Below, piece by piece: positions 16,417-26,877 of a stretch of DNA of 29,412 nt. Position 1 is the stretch's first letter, and each line of letters begins with the position of its first letter. Location of the stretch: NCBI GenBank assembly GCA_049424145.1, contig JBMSSC010000017.1, positions 1 to 29,412 on the forward strand, written 5' to 3'. A program made the position numbers and the translations under genes. Under the pieces are notes generated by a model. It was given only the letters and a program-made list of their open reading frames with translations. It did no database searches and was not told the DNA's origin. Source of the stretch: Bdellovibrionia bacterium. Lineage in GTDB: Bacteria; Bdellovibrionota; UBA1018.

Positions 16417-17958
16417 ATGAGTGAAACAAAATTCCAGGTTAAAAAAAACCCCCGCTCCCTGCGCATCACAAACACGCTCACCCAGAAAAAAGAAGAGCTC
16501 AGGACAAACACTCCAGGGAAGCTGACTTTCTACTCCTGTGGGCCAACCGTGTACGGACTCATTCATATCGGAAACTTAAGGGGGGCCTTGGTTGCGGATC
16601 TCTTTTATCGCACCTTCTTGAAGGCGGGCTACGATGTGACGTTCGTGAGAAATTACACGGATGTCGACGATAAGATCATTCAACGCGCCCAGCAGGAGAA
16701 CCTCACTGCTGAGGAAGTGGCTAAAAAATACATCCAAGAAGTGGAAAAAGACTTTGCTGTAGCTGGCCTTCTGGAGCCCACGCATAAGACTACCGTTACG
16801 ACCCATATGGCTGAGATCATTGAACTGATTGAAAGCCTCATTGCTCAAGGCAAAGCGTATGTTGCGCCCGATGGTGAGGTGCTTTACTCGATTGCTCAAT
16901 TTCCATCCTATGGCAAGCTTTCGCATAAGAACTTAGACGACCTCATTGCAGGAATTCGAGTGGAAGTGAGTTCAAAGAAGCAAAGTCCGTTGGATTTTAC
17001 TCTCTGGAAGCCTGCTAAACCCGGAGAGCCTTCTTGGGAGAGCCCCTGGGGAAGAGGACGACCCGGCTGGCACATTGAGTGCTCTGCAATGGCCAGAAAA
17101 TGGCTGGGCGATCAAATGGACGTTCACCATGGGGGCGAGGATCTCATCTTCCCTCATCATGAAAACGAGATTGCTCAAAGTGAAGGGGCTACGGGAAAAG
17201 ATCCGTTCGTGAAGTACTGGCTTCACCATGCATTCGTCACGCTTTCCCAAGAGAAGATGTCTAAAAGCTTAGGCAACGTCTTTACGGCTCGTGATTTCCT
17301 TACGCGATTCTCAGGAGAATTGGCTCGCTACGTTCTTCTCTCGGTTCACTATCGATCCATCCTGGATTTTAAAGAGGAAACGGTGGATCAAGCCATCCTC
17401 AGTTTACGCCGCATCTATGAGGCTAAGGCCAAGGCCTTGGAATTGATGAAGCAGCCGCGAGCCCGAACTGACATGCGAGCTGAAGCTCACTGGGGCGAGT
17501 TTTTGGCCTCATGTGAAAAAGCTCGCCTTGAAATTGATTCCCATTTTGCCAACGACTTTAATACCCCAGCCGCCTTAGGCTGTGTGTTTTCGCTGATTCG
17601 GGAATTCAATCGCACGCTTTCAGAACCCTTGGCCCAGGCGACCCCGGGAGTCGTTCTTTCGGCAACTCAGTTGGTTCAAATCCTGGAGGAAGACTTAGGC
17701 AGTCTTTTAGGCGTAGGGCAGAGTCGCCCGGAAAAAGTTCTGGAGGATCTGGCTCGGATTGAGCGAGATCGTGCCCAGGCCTCCTCGCCCGAGCGCCTCC
17801 CCCTTTCCGATGCGGAGATTCGAGCTCAAATTGAACAGCGCGCTCAAGCCCGAAAAGCCAAGGATTTTAAAAAAGCCGATGAGATCCGGAAATCTCTTGA
17901 GGCTCAAGGCGTGTTGATTCAAGACACCCCCTCAGGAACCACCTGGGTTTGGATCTAA
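16417..17958 (+). CDS. cysS: Cysteine--tRNA ligase
   Basis: CGPTVY, HIGN, GRPGWHIECSAM, FPHHENE, KMSKSLGN, DFNTP, ADEIR. Confidence 0.97.
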   Translation: MSETKFQVKKNPRSLRITNTLTQKKEELRTNTPGKLTFYSCGPTVYGLIHIGNLRGALVADLFYRTFLKAGYDVTFVRNYTDVDDKIIQRAQQENLTAEEVAKKYIQEVEKDFAVAGLLEPTHKTTVTTHMAEIIELIESLIAQGKAYVAPDGEVLYSIAQFPSYGKLSHKNLDDLIAGIRVEVSSKKQSPLDFTLWKPAKPGEPSWESPWGRGRPGWHIECSAMARKWLGDQMDVHHGGEDLIFPHHENEIAQSEGATGKDPFVKYWLHHAFVTLSQEKMSKSLGNVFTARDFLTRFSGELARYVLLSVHYRSILDFKEETVDQAILSLRRIYEAKAKALELMKQPRARTDMRAEAHWGEFLASCEKARLEIDSHFANDFNTPAALGCVFSLIREFNRTLSEPLAQATPGVVLSATQLVQILEEDLGSLLGVGQSRPEKVLEDLARIERDRAQASSPERLPLSDAEIRAQIEQRAQARKAKDFKKADEIRKSLEAQGVLIQDTPSGTTWVWI

Positions 17959-18038
17959 TCGGGAGTCCCCTTCGCCTCTTGCTACTTTTTGTTTTAGGCT
18001 TGCCCAACGACTCGGACGAGCTAGAAAGCCACGAGGCG

Positions 18039-18809
18039 CTAGAAGCCTTCTTTTTTCAGTCGAAGGAAGATCTCTTGATAAAATCTTAGGTAAGGTGTCC
18101 CTCGAGTGCGTCCTAAGAGTTGCCCAATTTGCGCATAGTGATCGCCGGAATAGGTGCAAATGTGCTCTCCCCACTGAGCGGACTCCACGGAGACAAACCC
18201 ATCGTTGGGGCCCTCTCGTTGCTCCAACCACCCGTGGGAAATCCAAAACAAAGGAAGGGAATGAAGGACCACAGGTTTTCGGATGGCTGTGGTGGCGCTG
18301 AAGTAGGCAATGCCTGGGATTTTTGGGGCAAGTTCACGAAGGGGGCCTTGACAATAGGCTTGTGTGACAGGCCTGAAGGCTTCTTGATTGAAGTTCATTG
18401 CCTTGAAAAAGCGATCCATGGACTGAAGTTGGCTCTCTTGCAAGAGGCCGAAGGCTAAGTCCCCTAAGCTCGTTCCTTGGTGTGGCGTTCCAATAGTGGT
18501 GATACTGGCCACTTGCTCAGCAAATCCTAGGCAAGAGCTTAAGTATCGAATGTCTAATCCCCCCATGCTGTGGCCCACGAGGTTGACTTTTTGATCCCCC
18601 AAGGAGGTCTGGATTTGCGTCTTCAGCTGCTGGGCTCGGACTTCAAGCGTGTGCCAGGCGGAGAGATGAGGGGTCAGAACTCGGTTCTGGTGCTCCCGAA
18701 GAAGCTTGGGTAAGCCAAAAAAGTACTCAATTGGGCCAAAGCGACTTTGGGCGCCAAGGCCGTGAACCAGCACGATAGGGTGCTTTAACTGCAAGGGGCG
18801 GGTGAGCAT
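18039..18809 (-). CDS. Alpha/beta-hydrolase, family I lipase/esterase-like
   Basis: PIVLVHG oxyanion loop, GHSMGG nucleophile elbow, TPHQG, NDGFV (Asp), DHYAQIG (His). Confidence 0.9.
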   Translation of the reverse strand: MLTRPLQLKHPIVLVHGLGAQSRFGPIEYFFGLPKLLREHQNRVLTPHLSAWHTLEVRAQQLKTQIQTSLGDQKVNLVGHSMGGLDIRYLSSCLGFAEQVASITTIGTPHQGTSLGDLAFGLLQESQLQSMDRFFKAMNFNQEAFRPVTQAYCQGPLRELAPKIPGIAYFSATTAIRKPVVLHSLPLFWISHGWLEQREGPNDGFVSVESAQWGEHICTYSGDHYAQIGQLLGRTRGTPYLRFYQEIFLRLKKEGF

Positions 18810-18874
18810 GGACTTTTAGTCTAACCCTAAATCTGATGTCAAAAAAGAGTGTTTCAGGATATGAGTAGAGTCTC

Positions 18875-21079
18875 ATGGCCATCTTTACTCAAAGAAAGTT
18901 TGAGCTGCACACCCCGTTTCAACCCACGGGGGATCAACCCCAAGCCATTGAAAAGTTGACTGAAGGAATCCGTCAAGGGAGGCCCTCTCAAGTCCTTCTT
19001 GGGGTCACGGGTTCGGGAAAAACCTTCTCCATTGCCAATGTGATTGCTCAAGTGGGAAGGCCCACTTTGGTCTTAAGCCACAATAAGACCCTGGCTGCTC
19101 AGTTGTTCTCCGAGTTAAGGGAGTTTTTCCCGCACAATGCGGTGGAGTACTTTGTGAGCTACTATGATTATTATCAACCCGAAGCTTACATTCCAGCCAC
19201 AGACACCTATATTGAGAAAGACTCCCAGATCAATGACGAAATTGATAAGCTTCGGCATTCAGCCACTCGCTCCCTGTTAGAGCGAAACGATACGATCATT
19301 GTTTCCTCGATTTCCTGCATCTACGGTCTGGGATCGCCTGAGGCCTATGAAGGACTCTTAGTTTATCTCGAAGTCGGTCGTCAGATTAAACGCGAGGAAG
19401 TTTTAAAGAAATTAGTCGAAATTCAGTACAAGCGGAATAATGTGGATTTTCATCGAGGTACATTTCGAGTGCGCGGGGATGTAGTGGAGATTTTTCCTGC
19501 CTATGAAGAAGAACGAGCAATTCGAGTGGAGTTCTTTGGAGATGAAATTGAGTCCATTGCCGAGGTGGACCCGCTCCGTGGCGTTCGGCTTCAAAAAATT
19601 CCTCGGGTGACGATTTACCCCGCCAGTCACTATGTGACGACGTTAGATAACCGCAAACGTGCGATTCAAACCATTCGCGATGAGCTCCGGGAGCGACTTC
19701 AAGAACTGGACTCATTGGGAAAGGCAGTGGAGTCTCAGCGCTTGGCTCAGCGCACGCTCTTTGATTTGGAAATGATCGAGGAACTGGGATTTTGCCAGGG
19801 GATTGAAAACTACTCGAGGCACTTGACGGGACGTCCTGCCGGGGCGGCTCCTCCTACGCTGCTGGAGTATTTTCCCAAGGACTGGCTGCTCATTGTCGAT
19901 GAGAGCCATGTGAGCGTGCCTCAGATTGGAGGCATGTACCGTGGGGATCGTGCTCGTAAGATGAACCTCGTGGAGCATGGGTTTCGTCTTCCCTCCGCGT
20001 TGGATAATCGTCCTTTGAATTTTGAGGAGTGGGAAAAGTCCCTTGCCACCACCATTTATGTGTCGGCCACGCCGGGGGATTATGAGCTTCAAAAATCAGG
20101 AGGAGAAATCGTTGAGCAGTTGATTCGTCCCACCGGGCTTTTGGATCCTCAAGTGGAAGTTCGACCTGCGACCCACCAAGTGGATGATTTATTAGGAGAG
20201 ATTCGTAAGCGGGTTGCAAAAAATGAACGAGTTTTAGTCACCACCCTCACTAAGAAGTTAGCCGAAGAGTTAACTCGATTTTATCAGAGCCAAAAAATTC
20301 GAGTGAAGTACCTCCACTCCGACATCGATACGCTCGAGCGAATCGAGATTTTGCGGGATTTAAGGTTAGGCGTGTTTGATGTTCTCGTGGGCATCAACCT
20401 GCTTCGAGAGGGGCTGGATCTGCCTGAGGTGTCCTTAGTGGCCATTCTTGATGCGGATAAAGAGGGTTTCTTAAGAAGCTATCGCTCTTTGATTCAGACG
20501 ATTGGGCGTGCCGCTCGAAACGCTGAGGGGTTTGTGATCCTCTATGGGGATCGAGTAACTGACAGCATGAAAAAAGCCTTAGATGAAACGGCTCGAAGGC
20601 GAGTGCTCCAAGAGGAGTACAACCAAAAGCATGGGATTACGCCTCAGACCATTCAAAAAGCCATTGCAGGACCTCTGGTGGACCCAAGTCATCAAGACCG
20701 AGATGGGTTGGATCCCCAGGCTCAGGCCTCCTCTGCTCAGGGGAAGAAAAAAGGCTCAACCCGAGCGGATCCAGCGCAGATGGCCAAAAAAGTTCTTCGC
20801 ACCGGAGCAGGCTCCGGGCATGGGAAGAGTCTCTGGGGCACCGCAGCACAGAGTGAGGGCAGTTTAGCTCTGCAGCTCGATCATCTGGATCCTCAAGGGA
20901 AACTGGAGCAAGCTCAGAGCCTAGCTGGAGAGCACTGGGTCAGCCTCGAGCGCTTGTCGGAGAGCTTAGCCAAGATGGAGGTGGAGATGAAGGAATCTGC
21001 CCAGTCCATGCTCTTTGAAAAAGCCGCTGATCTTCGCGATCGGATCAAACGATTGAAAATTCTGCGGCTTAGTCTATAA
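18875..21079 (+). CDS. uvrB: Excinuclease ABC subunit UvrB
   Basis: GVTGSGKT, beta-hairpin [24 protein letters not shown]-terminal UVR motif [11 protein letters not shown]. Confidence 0.98.
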   Translation: MAIFTQRKFELHTPFQPTGDQPQAIEKLTEGIRQGRPSQVLLGVTGSGKTFSIANVIAQVGRPTLVLSHNKTLAAQLFSELREFFPHNAVEYFVSYYDYYQPEAYIPATDTYIEKDSQINDEIDKLRHSATRSLLERNDTIIVSSISCIYGLGSPEAYEGLLVYLEVGRQIKREEVLKKLVEIQYKRNNVDFHRGTFRVRGDVVEIFPAYEEERAIRVEFFGDEIESIAEVDPLRGVRLQKIPRVTIYPASHYVTTLDNRKRAIQTIRDELRERLQELDSLGKAVESQRLAQRTLFDLEMIEELGFCQGIENYSRHLTGRPAGAAPPTLLEYFPKDWLLIVDESHVSVPQIGGMYRGDRARKMNLVEHGFRLPSALDNRPLNFEEWEKSLATTIYVSATPGDYELQKSGGEIVEQLIRPTGLLDPQVEVRPATHQVDDLLGEIRKRVAKNERVLVTTLTKKLAEELTRFYQSQKIRVKYLHSDIDTLERIEILRDLRLGVFDVLVGINLLREGLDLPEVSLVAILDADKEGFLRSYRSLIQTIGRAARNAEGFVILYGDRVTDSMKKALDETARRRVLQEEYNQKHGITPQTIQKAIAGPLVDPSHQDRDGLDPQAQASSAQGKKKGSTRADPAQMAKKVLRTGAGSGHGKSLWGTAAQSEGSLALQLDHLDPQGKLEQAQSLAGEHWVSLERLSESLAKMEVEMKESAQSMLFEKAADLRDRIKRLKILRLSL

Positions 21080-21085
21080 AAAGGC

Positions 21086-23176
21086 ATGGCCAATCATCTT
21101 GGGAACGAAAGCAGCCCGTACCTTCTTCAACATCAACATAACCCGGTTCACTGGTATCCTTGGGGGGAGGAGGCTTTGCAGCAAGCTCGCTCCCAGAATA
21201 AGCCCATTTGCTTAAGCATCGGGTACTCGGCCTGTCACTGGTGCCACGTCATGGAAGCCGAGTGCTTCATGAACCCAGCCATTGCCGAGCTCATGAATCA
21301 GCACTTCATCAATATCAAGGTGGATCGGGAGGAGCGACCTGACCTCGATCACATTTATCAGAACGTGGCGCTCGCGATGACGCAGGGAGGAGGGTGGCCT
21401 CTGACTGTGTTTCTCACTCCGGACTTAAAGCCCTTTTATGGAGGGACTTATTTTCCGCCCGAGGACCGTTATGGAAGACCGGGTTTTCCTCGAGTGCTTA
21501 TGGCTTTATCTCAAGCCTATCAGAATGATCCTGAGGGCGTGGTGCAAAACGCCGATCGGTTAGTGGAATTTATTGCTCAAGCCGAAAGAGTACCTGAAGC
21601 CGAGCCGCAGCCATTACCCACGCTCGAGCAGTTGAAAGCTCTGGCTCAGCAAATGCTCCTTCACATCGATTGGGAGCACGGGGGAATTCAAGGGGCTCCC
21701 AAGTTTCCTCACTCCATGGCCTTAAGCTTTCTGTGGAGATTAGGAGACTTGGCTCAACTCCCGCAAGCTCAGCAGGCGGCTCTGTTATCGCTCAGAAAAA
21801 TGGCCCAAGGCGGAATCTATGATCAGCTCGGAGGAGGGTTTCATCGTTACTCGGTGGATGCTTCGTGGAGCGTGCCTCATTTTGAGAAGATGCTCTATGA
21901 CAATGCTCTTTTATTGAAGACCTATGCTGAGGTGCTGCTCAGTCGATATTTGGAGGAGTCCCAGGGGCAGACGTGCGAGATTTTATCCGATTCGGATCGA
22001 AAGCTGTTTTTGGATCTCCTGGAGCAGACTTTTCTTTACTTAGAGCGGGAGATGCTCTCGCCTGAGGGGGCTTTTTATACGGCTCAGGATGCGGACTCTC
22101 AAGGTCATGAAGGGCGTTACTTTGTATGGACCCCGACAGACCTCGATGAACTTGTAGCCTCAGCTGAGCTCACCCCTTCTCAGGCTCGCGTCTTTCGGCT
22201 CTTCTACGGCATCACGGATCAGGGAAACTTTGAGCACGGCTCTACGGTTTTGTTTCAGGCCCGTGAGCTTAAGAATGTGGCCTTTGATCTGAATCTCCCA
22301 CTGGATCAGGTTGAGCAACTCTTAGATTCCGCTTGCTCCAAATTACTGGGGATCCGGCAGCGCCGCGAAGCCCCAGCTTTGGATCAGAAGATCTTAGCCT
22401 CCTCCAATGGACTGATGATCAGTGGTTTAATCTGGGCCTCTCAGGCGTTTCGAGTGCTAGGGCGGCTTGCCTTAGCGCAGCGTGCCGAGCGCGTCGCTAT
22501 CCGTGCTTTTGATTTCATTCAAACGAATCTTCAGCTGTCCAGTGGACGCTTAGCAAGCTCGTTTCAGGCAGGGCGGGCTAAGGGGAATGCCTTTTTAGAT
22601 GATTATGCCTTCTTAGCAGCCGCGGCCATTGATTTATCGCGCTTTGCCTCAGTTCCTGCCGAAGTATCTCAAGTGTACCTGGGGTTTGCTGAGAGCTGGG
22701 TTCAAACGGTTCTAACTCATTTTCAAGACGCACAAGAACCCGGGTTTTTCTTCACCTCCGATGATCATGAGACGTTGATTCAACGGCCTAAGACGCTGTT
22801 TGATCAGGCCATTCCAAGCGGGACGTCCGTTATCCTCGGTTGCCTTGCGGCTTTAGCGGACCTCGATTTTCAAGGGAGTCGGACTCGTTATGAAAACGAG
22901 CTAAAAACTCAGCTGGAGCGAATGTTTCCGTTAGCCGTCAAAAGCCCCTTTAGTTTGGCGGAATTGCTCTGTGTCTACCTTCATCAGATTCGAGGAGGAA
23001 TTACGGTTTCAGGTGAGGGGGCTTCTCATCTTTGTCTCCATCCCTTCGTTTTTAGACAACCCGTGGAATCCTCCACTTCTCAGAAACTGGTGATCTGTCA
23101 TGGGCAAACCTGTAGTGTCCCGATGGATCAATCGCCTCAAGCGTTTCAACTCCTAGGAGAGCTTATTCGATTTTAG
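21086..23176 (+). CDS. Thioredoxin-domain / six-hairpin glycosidase-like protein (YyaL/SSP411, DUF255 family)
   Basis: [54 protein letters not shown]...[12 protein letters not shown]. Confidence 0.93.
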   Translation: MANHLGNESSPYLLQHQHNPVHWYPWGEEALQQARSQNKPICLSIGYSACHWCHVMEAECFMNPAIAELMNQHFINIKVDREERPDLDHIYQNVALAMTQGGGWPLTVFLTPDLKPFYGGTYFPPEDRYGRPGFPRVLMALSQAYQNDPEGVVQNADRLVEFIAQAERVPEAEPQPLPTLEQLKALAQQMLLHIDWEHGGIQGAPKFPHSMALSFLWRLGDLAQLPQAQQAALLSLRKMAQGGIYDQLGGGFHRYSVDASWSVPHFEKMLYDNALLLKTYAEVLLSRYLEESQGQTCEILSDSDRKLFLDLLEQTFLYLEREMLSPEGAFYTAQDADSQGHEGRYFVWTPTDLDELVASAELTPSQARVFRLFYGITDQGNFEHGSTVLFQARELKNVAFDLNLPLDQVEQLLDSACSKLLGIRQRREAPALDQKILASSNGLMISGLIWASQAFRVLGRLALAQRAERVAIRAFDFIQTNLQLSSGRLASSFQAGRAKGNAFLDDYAFLAAAAIDLSRFASVPAEVSQVYLGFAESWVQTVLTHFQDAQEPGFFFTSDDHETLIQRPKTLFDQAIPSGTSVILGCLAALADLDFQGSRTRYENELKTQLERMFPLAVKSPFSLAELLCVYLHQIRGGITVSGEGASHLCLHPFVFRQPVESSTSQKLVICHGQTCSVPMDQSPQAFQLLGELIRF

Positions 23177-23266
23177 AGGGTACAGAGAAGGGGGGGGGAA
23201 CCCAAATTTTTGTTCGATTTTTAAACTCAATCTATTTCTCTTGATTCAGCATACGAGATTTCATCC

Positions 23267-26239
23267 ATGAAAAGAGGAAGAGCGGTGAGATTGTTTTCTA
23301 GAAAAAAAAGCGCAAGAAGGCGTGCCTTTGCGATCGGTGTGGTTTTTTTTCATTCGATTTTGGCTTGGGGCGGAGGACGGGGGAGTGAGTCTTCAATCGA
23401 CCTTAGCAGTCCGGGCGCGTCCTTCGAGCAGAGGGATTCTCGGGGCTTTCCTGCGCTTCGAACCTTGGAGCAGCAGCTACGGTTTCTGATGTGGGCCTCC
23501 TTGAATCTTCCGCAATGGGGACCCAAGCTCAATGCCTCTCCACTGGAGCAATTGAGTCGACTCGAGGAGTTTGAGAAAATCCAAAGCCAGAGGGAGGGGC
23601 AGCACACTCGTGCGTCTCATCAGGGTCACGATGCGGTGCAGTTCAAGCCGTTTCAAAAACTCACCATCATCCCTCCCCTTGAGGGTCTTTCGGTTAAGCG
23701 CAAAAAAATGGAGCCTGAAGTCCTGATTTTGTGGAGAAACACGGTTTTAAACTCCTTGCTCCAAGAAGGTCAGGCGATTCAACCTTCTCATCCAGTGAAC
23801 TGGGGGCAGCGGATCCGTCGTCAAATCCAAGCTCACTTGGGGGCTAGAGCGATTGAAGACCCATCCATGCTCATTCGGCAGGTCATCGAGAGCTTAAAAG
23901 AAGTGCCTGGGAATCATGAAGAACTCAAGCGCAGGGGATCGTCTGTCCAAGGGGCGCAGGGGTTGGTGCAGGGAATCCTAGGAGCACTTGAGGAGGGCTT
24001 GCTGACGCCGGGCTCTATTCCCAAAGAGGAACTCCAAGGGAAGCTCTCCGAAGTTTTGCGTCAATTCCAGCATGAGCATCAAATTGCTGAGCTCCTCGTT
24101 TTACTCTATGGGATCACTCGTGGGGGTCCCGATCATCCCCTCTCCATTGAACAAGCGCGCGCGTTCATTCTCTTGCTCAGTCAAGAGGATTTACTCCAAC
24201 TCTCTGATCGTTCAGGCTTCCTTTTGCCCTGGGTACGTGCGGTCTTGGAGGCGAGCCATTCTCCTTTAGGTGCTGCTCAGAGCTCTTCTGGTTTGGTCGA
24301 TCTGAATCGACTGAGTCAGGAAATCGCCTCAAAGCTCAGTCAGTCCATGGTTGAGTTGATGAAGTATTCCGATTGGCATGAAGTTCGGCAGAGGGAGACT
24401 CTCATTCTTCAGGAAGTGCCTTGGGCTTTATTCTTTTTACAACAGGAGAGCTGGGGTCAGCACTTGGCCTCTGAGATGGAGCCTTGTGATTCCTTTTTAG
24501 GCACTCGTTCTTGCGCAGAAGCTCAATGGGATTTTTGGGATCCCAAGGGGCGGGCCTTTCTGGTTCTCAATTCCCAAGAACGGATTCAAGGCTTTGTTTT
24601 AGCAAGTGAGGTGAGTGGGGACTCAGGGCGCGCCCTGAAGGTGGAGCAGTTGGGGGGTGAGAAACTCTCTGCGGGTGCTGTTCAGAGCATCCTCATGGGC
24701 CTTGAGAAAGAAAAAGAGGCCTTGGGTGTTTCTCAAATTCTTTTGCCCCCTCCCGCTCAGAGGAAGAACTTCCCTTGCGTCCCTGAGATTCAGGAGTTTT
24801 TAGAGCTCCAGAGTGCTCAAAAGGATCTCAGGGGCCATCCGATGAGCCATGACCAACATGACCAAGAAGCTTACTTCGAATCACTTCACTGGGATCAGGC
24901 TCAGATCCATCACCTTTTGACTCGGGTGGAGTCTGTTTGGAGTGATCTCAGGGAAGACGGGCTTCCCCCCTTGAGTCGATCCTTTGTGCTTTTATTTGCC
25001 TTAGATGCGCACTTCACGGGAGACTTTTTGTTGCTCAGGCGTCTGTTGAGTTTACCAGGAGTCGAAATGGATCGGGATGATTGGGAGGGTTGGATCCCAT
25101 GGATTGAAAACTTCAATAGCCCGGATTTTCCCTCACTCACGGTTGCCGAGTATGAAAGCTTCATTCGAGAAGAGATCCTGAGGCTGGGTCTTGACCAGTG
25201 GGGGGTGACCGCTCAGTCTCCATTATTTTTCTCAGGTAGGCTTCGTGCTTCTGACGCGTTTTCAGAGGCTCACTTATATGAGACGGCGCGGCAGGTGGCC
25301 CAGCAGATGAAGAATCAGGGGGTGAACTCCTTCAGTGAGCATCGTGAGCTGTTGGCTCAACATCGAATTGCTTTGTCTCAAAGTGAGCCGATTCGGGAGG
25401 TTTTAAAACAAAGCTTATCTCAACTGGCTTGCCCAGGATTTAAGCCCGTGGACCCATCCTATCGATGGGTGGAGTGGTTTTTACCTGATTTTCCTGACAC
25501 TCGCCATCTCCTTAGGCGGTTTTTTCAAGTCGGTGATTTGCAGTGGGTCATGCCCCTGTTTCAAGCCTATGTTTCTGCCTATCCTTTAGGGGAGTGGAAT
25601 GCGGAAAGTGAATTGCTCTTTAAGCGTCTCAGTCTTGGGCTGAATTCCCCGGATTGGGCTGTCCAAGCCCATGCTGCTCATCAACTGGGGTACTTCCGAG
25701 GGGAGCAACTCTCCATCCTGGCTCAGCAAGCCTTAGAGCATTCTCATGGAGAGGTCCGGGAAAAAGCCGTGCTCTCCCTTTCTTCCTTCATGTGTGATTC
25801 GAGGGATCTAGCCCCAATGCTTACCCAGTTTTTACAGCCCTCGCAGTCACTCGAGCTGAGAAAAAACGCCGTACTCATTTTGGCTCACCCGGAGCTTCGC
25901 AAACAGAGGGATCTTTGGATGAAGGCCTTAAAAGATCCCTCCGCTTCAGTTCGCAAGCAGGTGTCCTCCCTGCTTCATCTCTATGAAGGAGATCGCCTCC
26001 TCACGCTTCTCGTTGCAGCCTTTGAAGATCGAGAGCAGCGGGTCTGGGAAGATTTAGGGGAGCTCCTCTACATTCAGCAGGTCTTGGGGCACGAAGACCG
26101 CGTTGAGTTCCTCTTACACCACCCCTCGGCTCAAGTCAGTCGTCGTTCCACGGATGTTCTGGTGAGATACCTCAGGCGTTATGGAATTAGCTTGAAAAAA
26201 AAGGAGATTCGCCCAGGACTTAGGCTGAGAAGGCTCTAA
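23267..26239 (+). CDS. Large hypothetical protein with possible signal peptide and C-terminal HEAT/PBS-lyase-like repeats
   Basis: 990-aa ORF; basic N-terminus plus short hydrophobic stretch ending LAWG; roughly 31-aa helical repeats (LNSPDWAVQAHAAHQL, LEHSHGEVREKAVLSL, LKDPSASVRKQV, LHHPSAQVSRRSTDVL). Confidence 0.7.
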   Translation: MKRGRAVRLFSRKKSARRRAFAIGVVFFHSILAWGGGRGSESSIDLSSPGASFEQRDSRGFPALRTLEQQLRFLMWASLNLPQWGPKLNASPLEQLSRLEEFEKIQSQREGQHTRASHQGHDAVQFKPFQKLTIIPPLEGLSVKRKKMEPEVLILWRNTVLNSLLQEGQAIQPSHPVNWGQRIRRQIQAHLGARAIEDPSMLIRQVIESLKEVPGNHEELKRRGSSVQGAQGLVQGILGALEEGLLTPGSIPKEELQGKLSEVLRQFQHEHQIAELLVLLYGITRGGPDHPLSIEQARAFILLLSQEDLLQLSDRSGFLLPWVRAVLEASHSPLGAAQSSSGLVDLNRLSQEIASKLSQSMVELMKYSDWHEVRQRETLILQEVPWALFFLQQESWGQHLASEMEPCDSFLGTRSCAEAQWDFWDPKGRAFLVLNSQERIQGFVLASEVSGDSGRALKVEQLGGEKLSAGAVQSILMGLEKEKEALGVSQILLPPPAQRKNFPCVPEIQEFLELQSAQKDLRGHPMSHDQHDQEAYFESLHWDQAQIHHLLTRVESVWSDLREDGLPPLSRSFVLLFALDAHFTGDFLLLRRLLSLPGVEMDRDDWEGWIPWIENFNSPDFPSLTVAEYESFIREEILRLGLDQWGVTAQSPLFFSGRLRASDAFSEAHLYETARQVAQQMKNQGVNSFSEHRELLAQHRIALSQSEPIREVLKQSLSQLACPGFKPVDPSYRWVEWFLPDFPDTRHLLRRFFQVGDLQWVMPLFQAYVSAYPLGEWNAESELLFKRLSLGLNSPDWAVQAHAAHQLGYFRGEQLSILAQQALEHSHGEVREKAVLSLSSFMCDSRDLAPMLTQFLQPSQSLELRKNAVLILAHPELRKQRDLWMKALKDPSASVRKQVSSLLHLYEGDRLLTLLVAAFEDREQRVWEDLGELLYIQQVLGHEDRVEFLLHHPSAQVSRRSTDVLVRYLRRYGISLKKKEIRPGLRLRRL

Positions 26240-26382
26240 GGAGATCGGAAATAAAAACTCCCTAGGCTCGTTGGTAAGCCGGTTCCTCTCACTTTTTGGC
26301 TGGCCTTGGCTCAGAGCCAGGACTAATCCGCCTCGGTTTACCGTGTCCCCTATTTTTAGGGGCTCTTTCGGGCTGCAGAACC

Positions 26383-26826
26383 TCAGCCGATCTCAGCGGG
26401 GGTACCTGCGTAAATCAGGACCTTCACGTCGGTTTTAAAGATCACTTCAATTTTATTGGGATAAATGAGCTTGCCCACGATGCCTTCCCCGAAAGTGGGG
26501 TGCTTGAGCTTGTCTCCTAGAACAAATTGACCTCGGGTGGAGTAGGGCTTTAAGGGCAGGTCTTTGTGAGCAGCCATCAGCTTCTCCCATTCCACGCTTA
26601 AAGAGTGGTTGGTGTCCTCCGTGTCACTTTTTTTGGTCTTAACGGTCTTCACCTTAGGCTCTGTTGCGCCTTTAGGTGCGCGATACACATGATCTTTTTT
26701 ACAAGTCAGACACTGGACCTTTGCAATTCGGTCCCCCTTCATGGCAACAATAACGTGATTGAGGTCCATTTTGCAGCTGGTGCAATAAGCCAAAGTCTCT
26801 GTGGCAACTGACGCGGGACGAGCCAT
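26383..26826 (-). CDS. Hypothetical protein: N-terminal 4-Cys zinc ribbon, Lys-rich linker, C-terminal Tudor-like (UvrD/PcrA-CTD or CarD-RID-like) domain
   Basis: C15-x2-C18 and C39-x2-C42; FVLGDKLKHPTFGEGIV...IEVIF...VKVL; strong SD AAGGAG upstream of ATG 26826. Confidence 0.8.
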   Translation of the reverse strand: MARPASVATETLAYCTSCKMDLNHVIVAMKGDRIAKVQCLTCKKDHVYRAPKGATEPKVKTVKTKKSDTEDTNHSLSVEWEKLMAAHKDLPLKPYSTRGQFVLGDKLKHPTFGEGIVGKLIYPNKIEVIFKTDVKVLIYAGTPAEIG

Positions 26827-26877
26827 GAAATATTCTCCTTAATCAAATAATCTCTTTTGTGGTTATAGTGAACTTCG

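Noticed and set aside
18810..18874. LexA/SOS box upstream of uvrB (also looked upstream of uvrC)
   Set aside because: No CTGT-N8-ACAG or GAAC-N4-GTTC seen, and the lineage-specific box cannot be established from this window.
26347..26368. Possible terminator CCCCTA-TTTT-TAGGGG between convergent genes
   Set aside because: Short stem and interrupted U-tract; not enough support to call.
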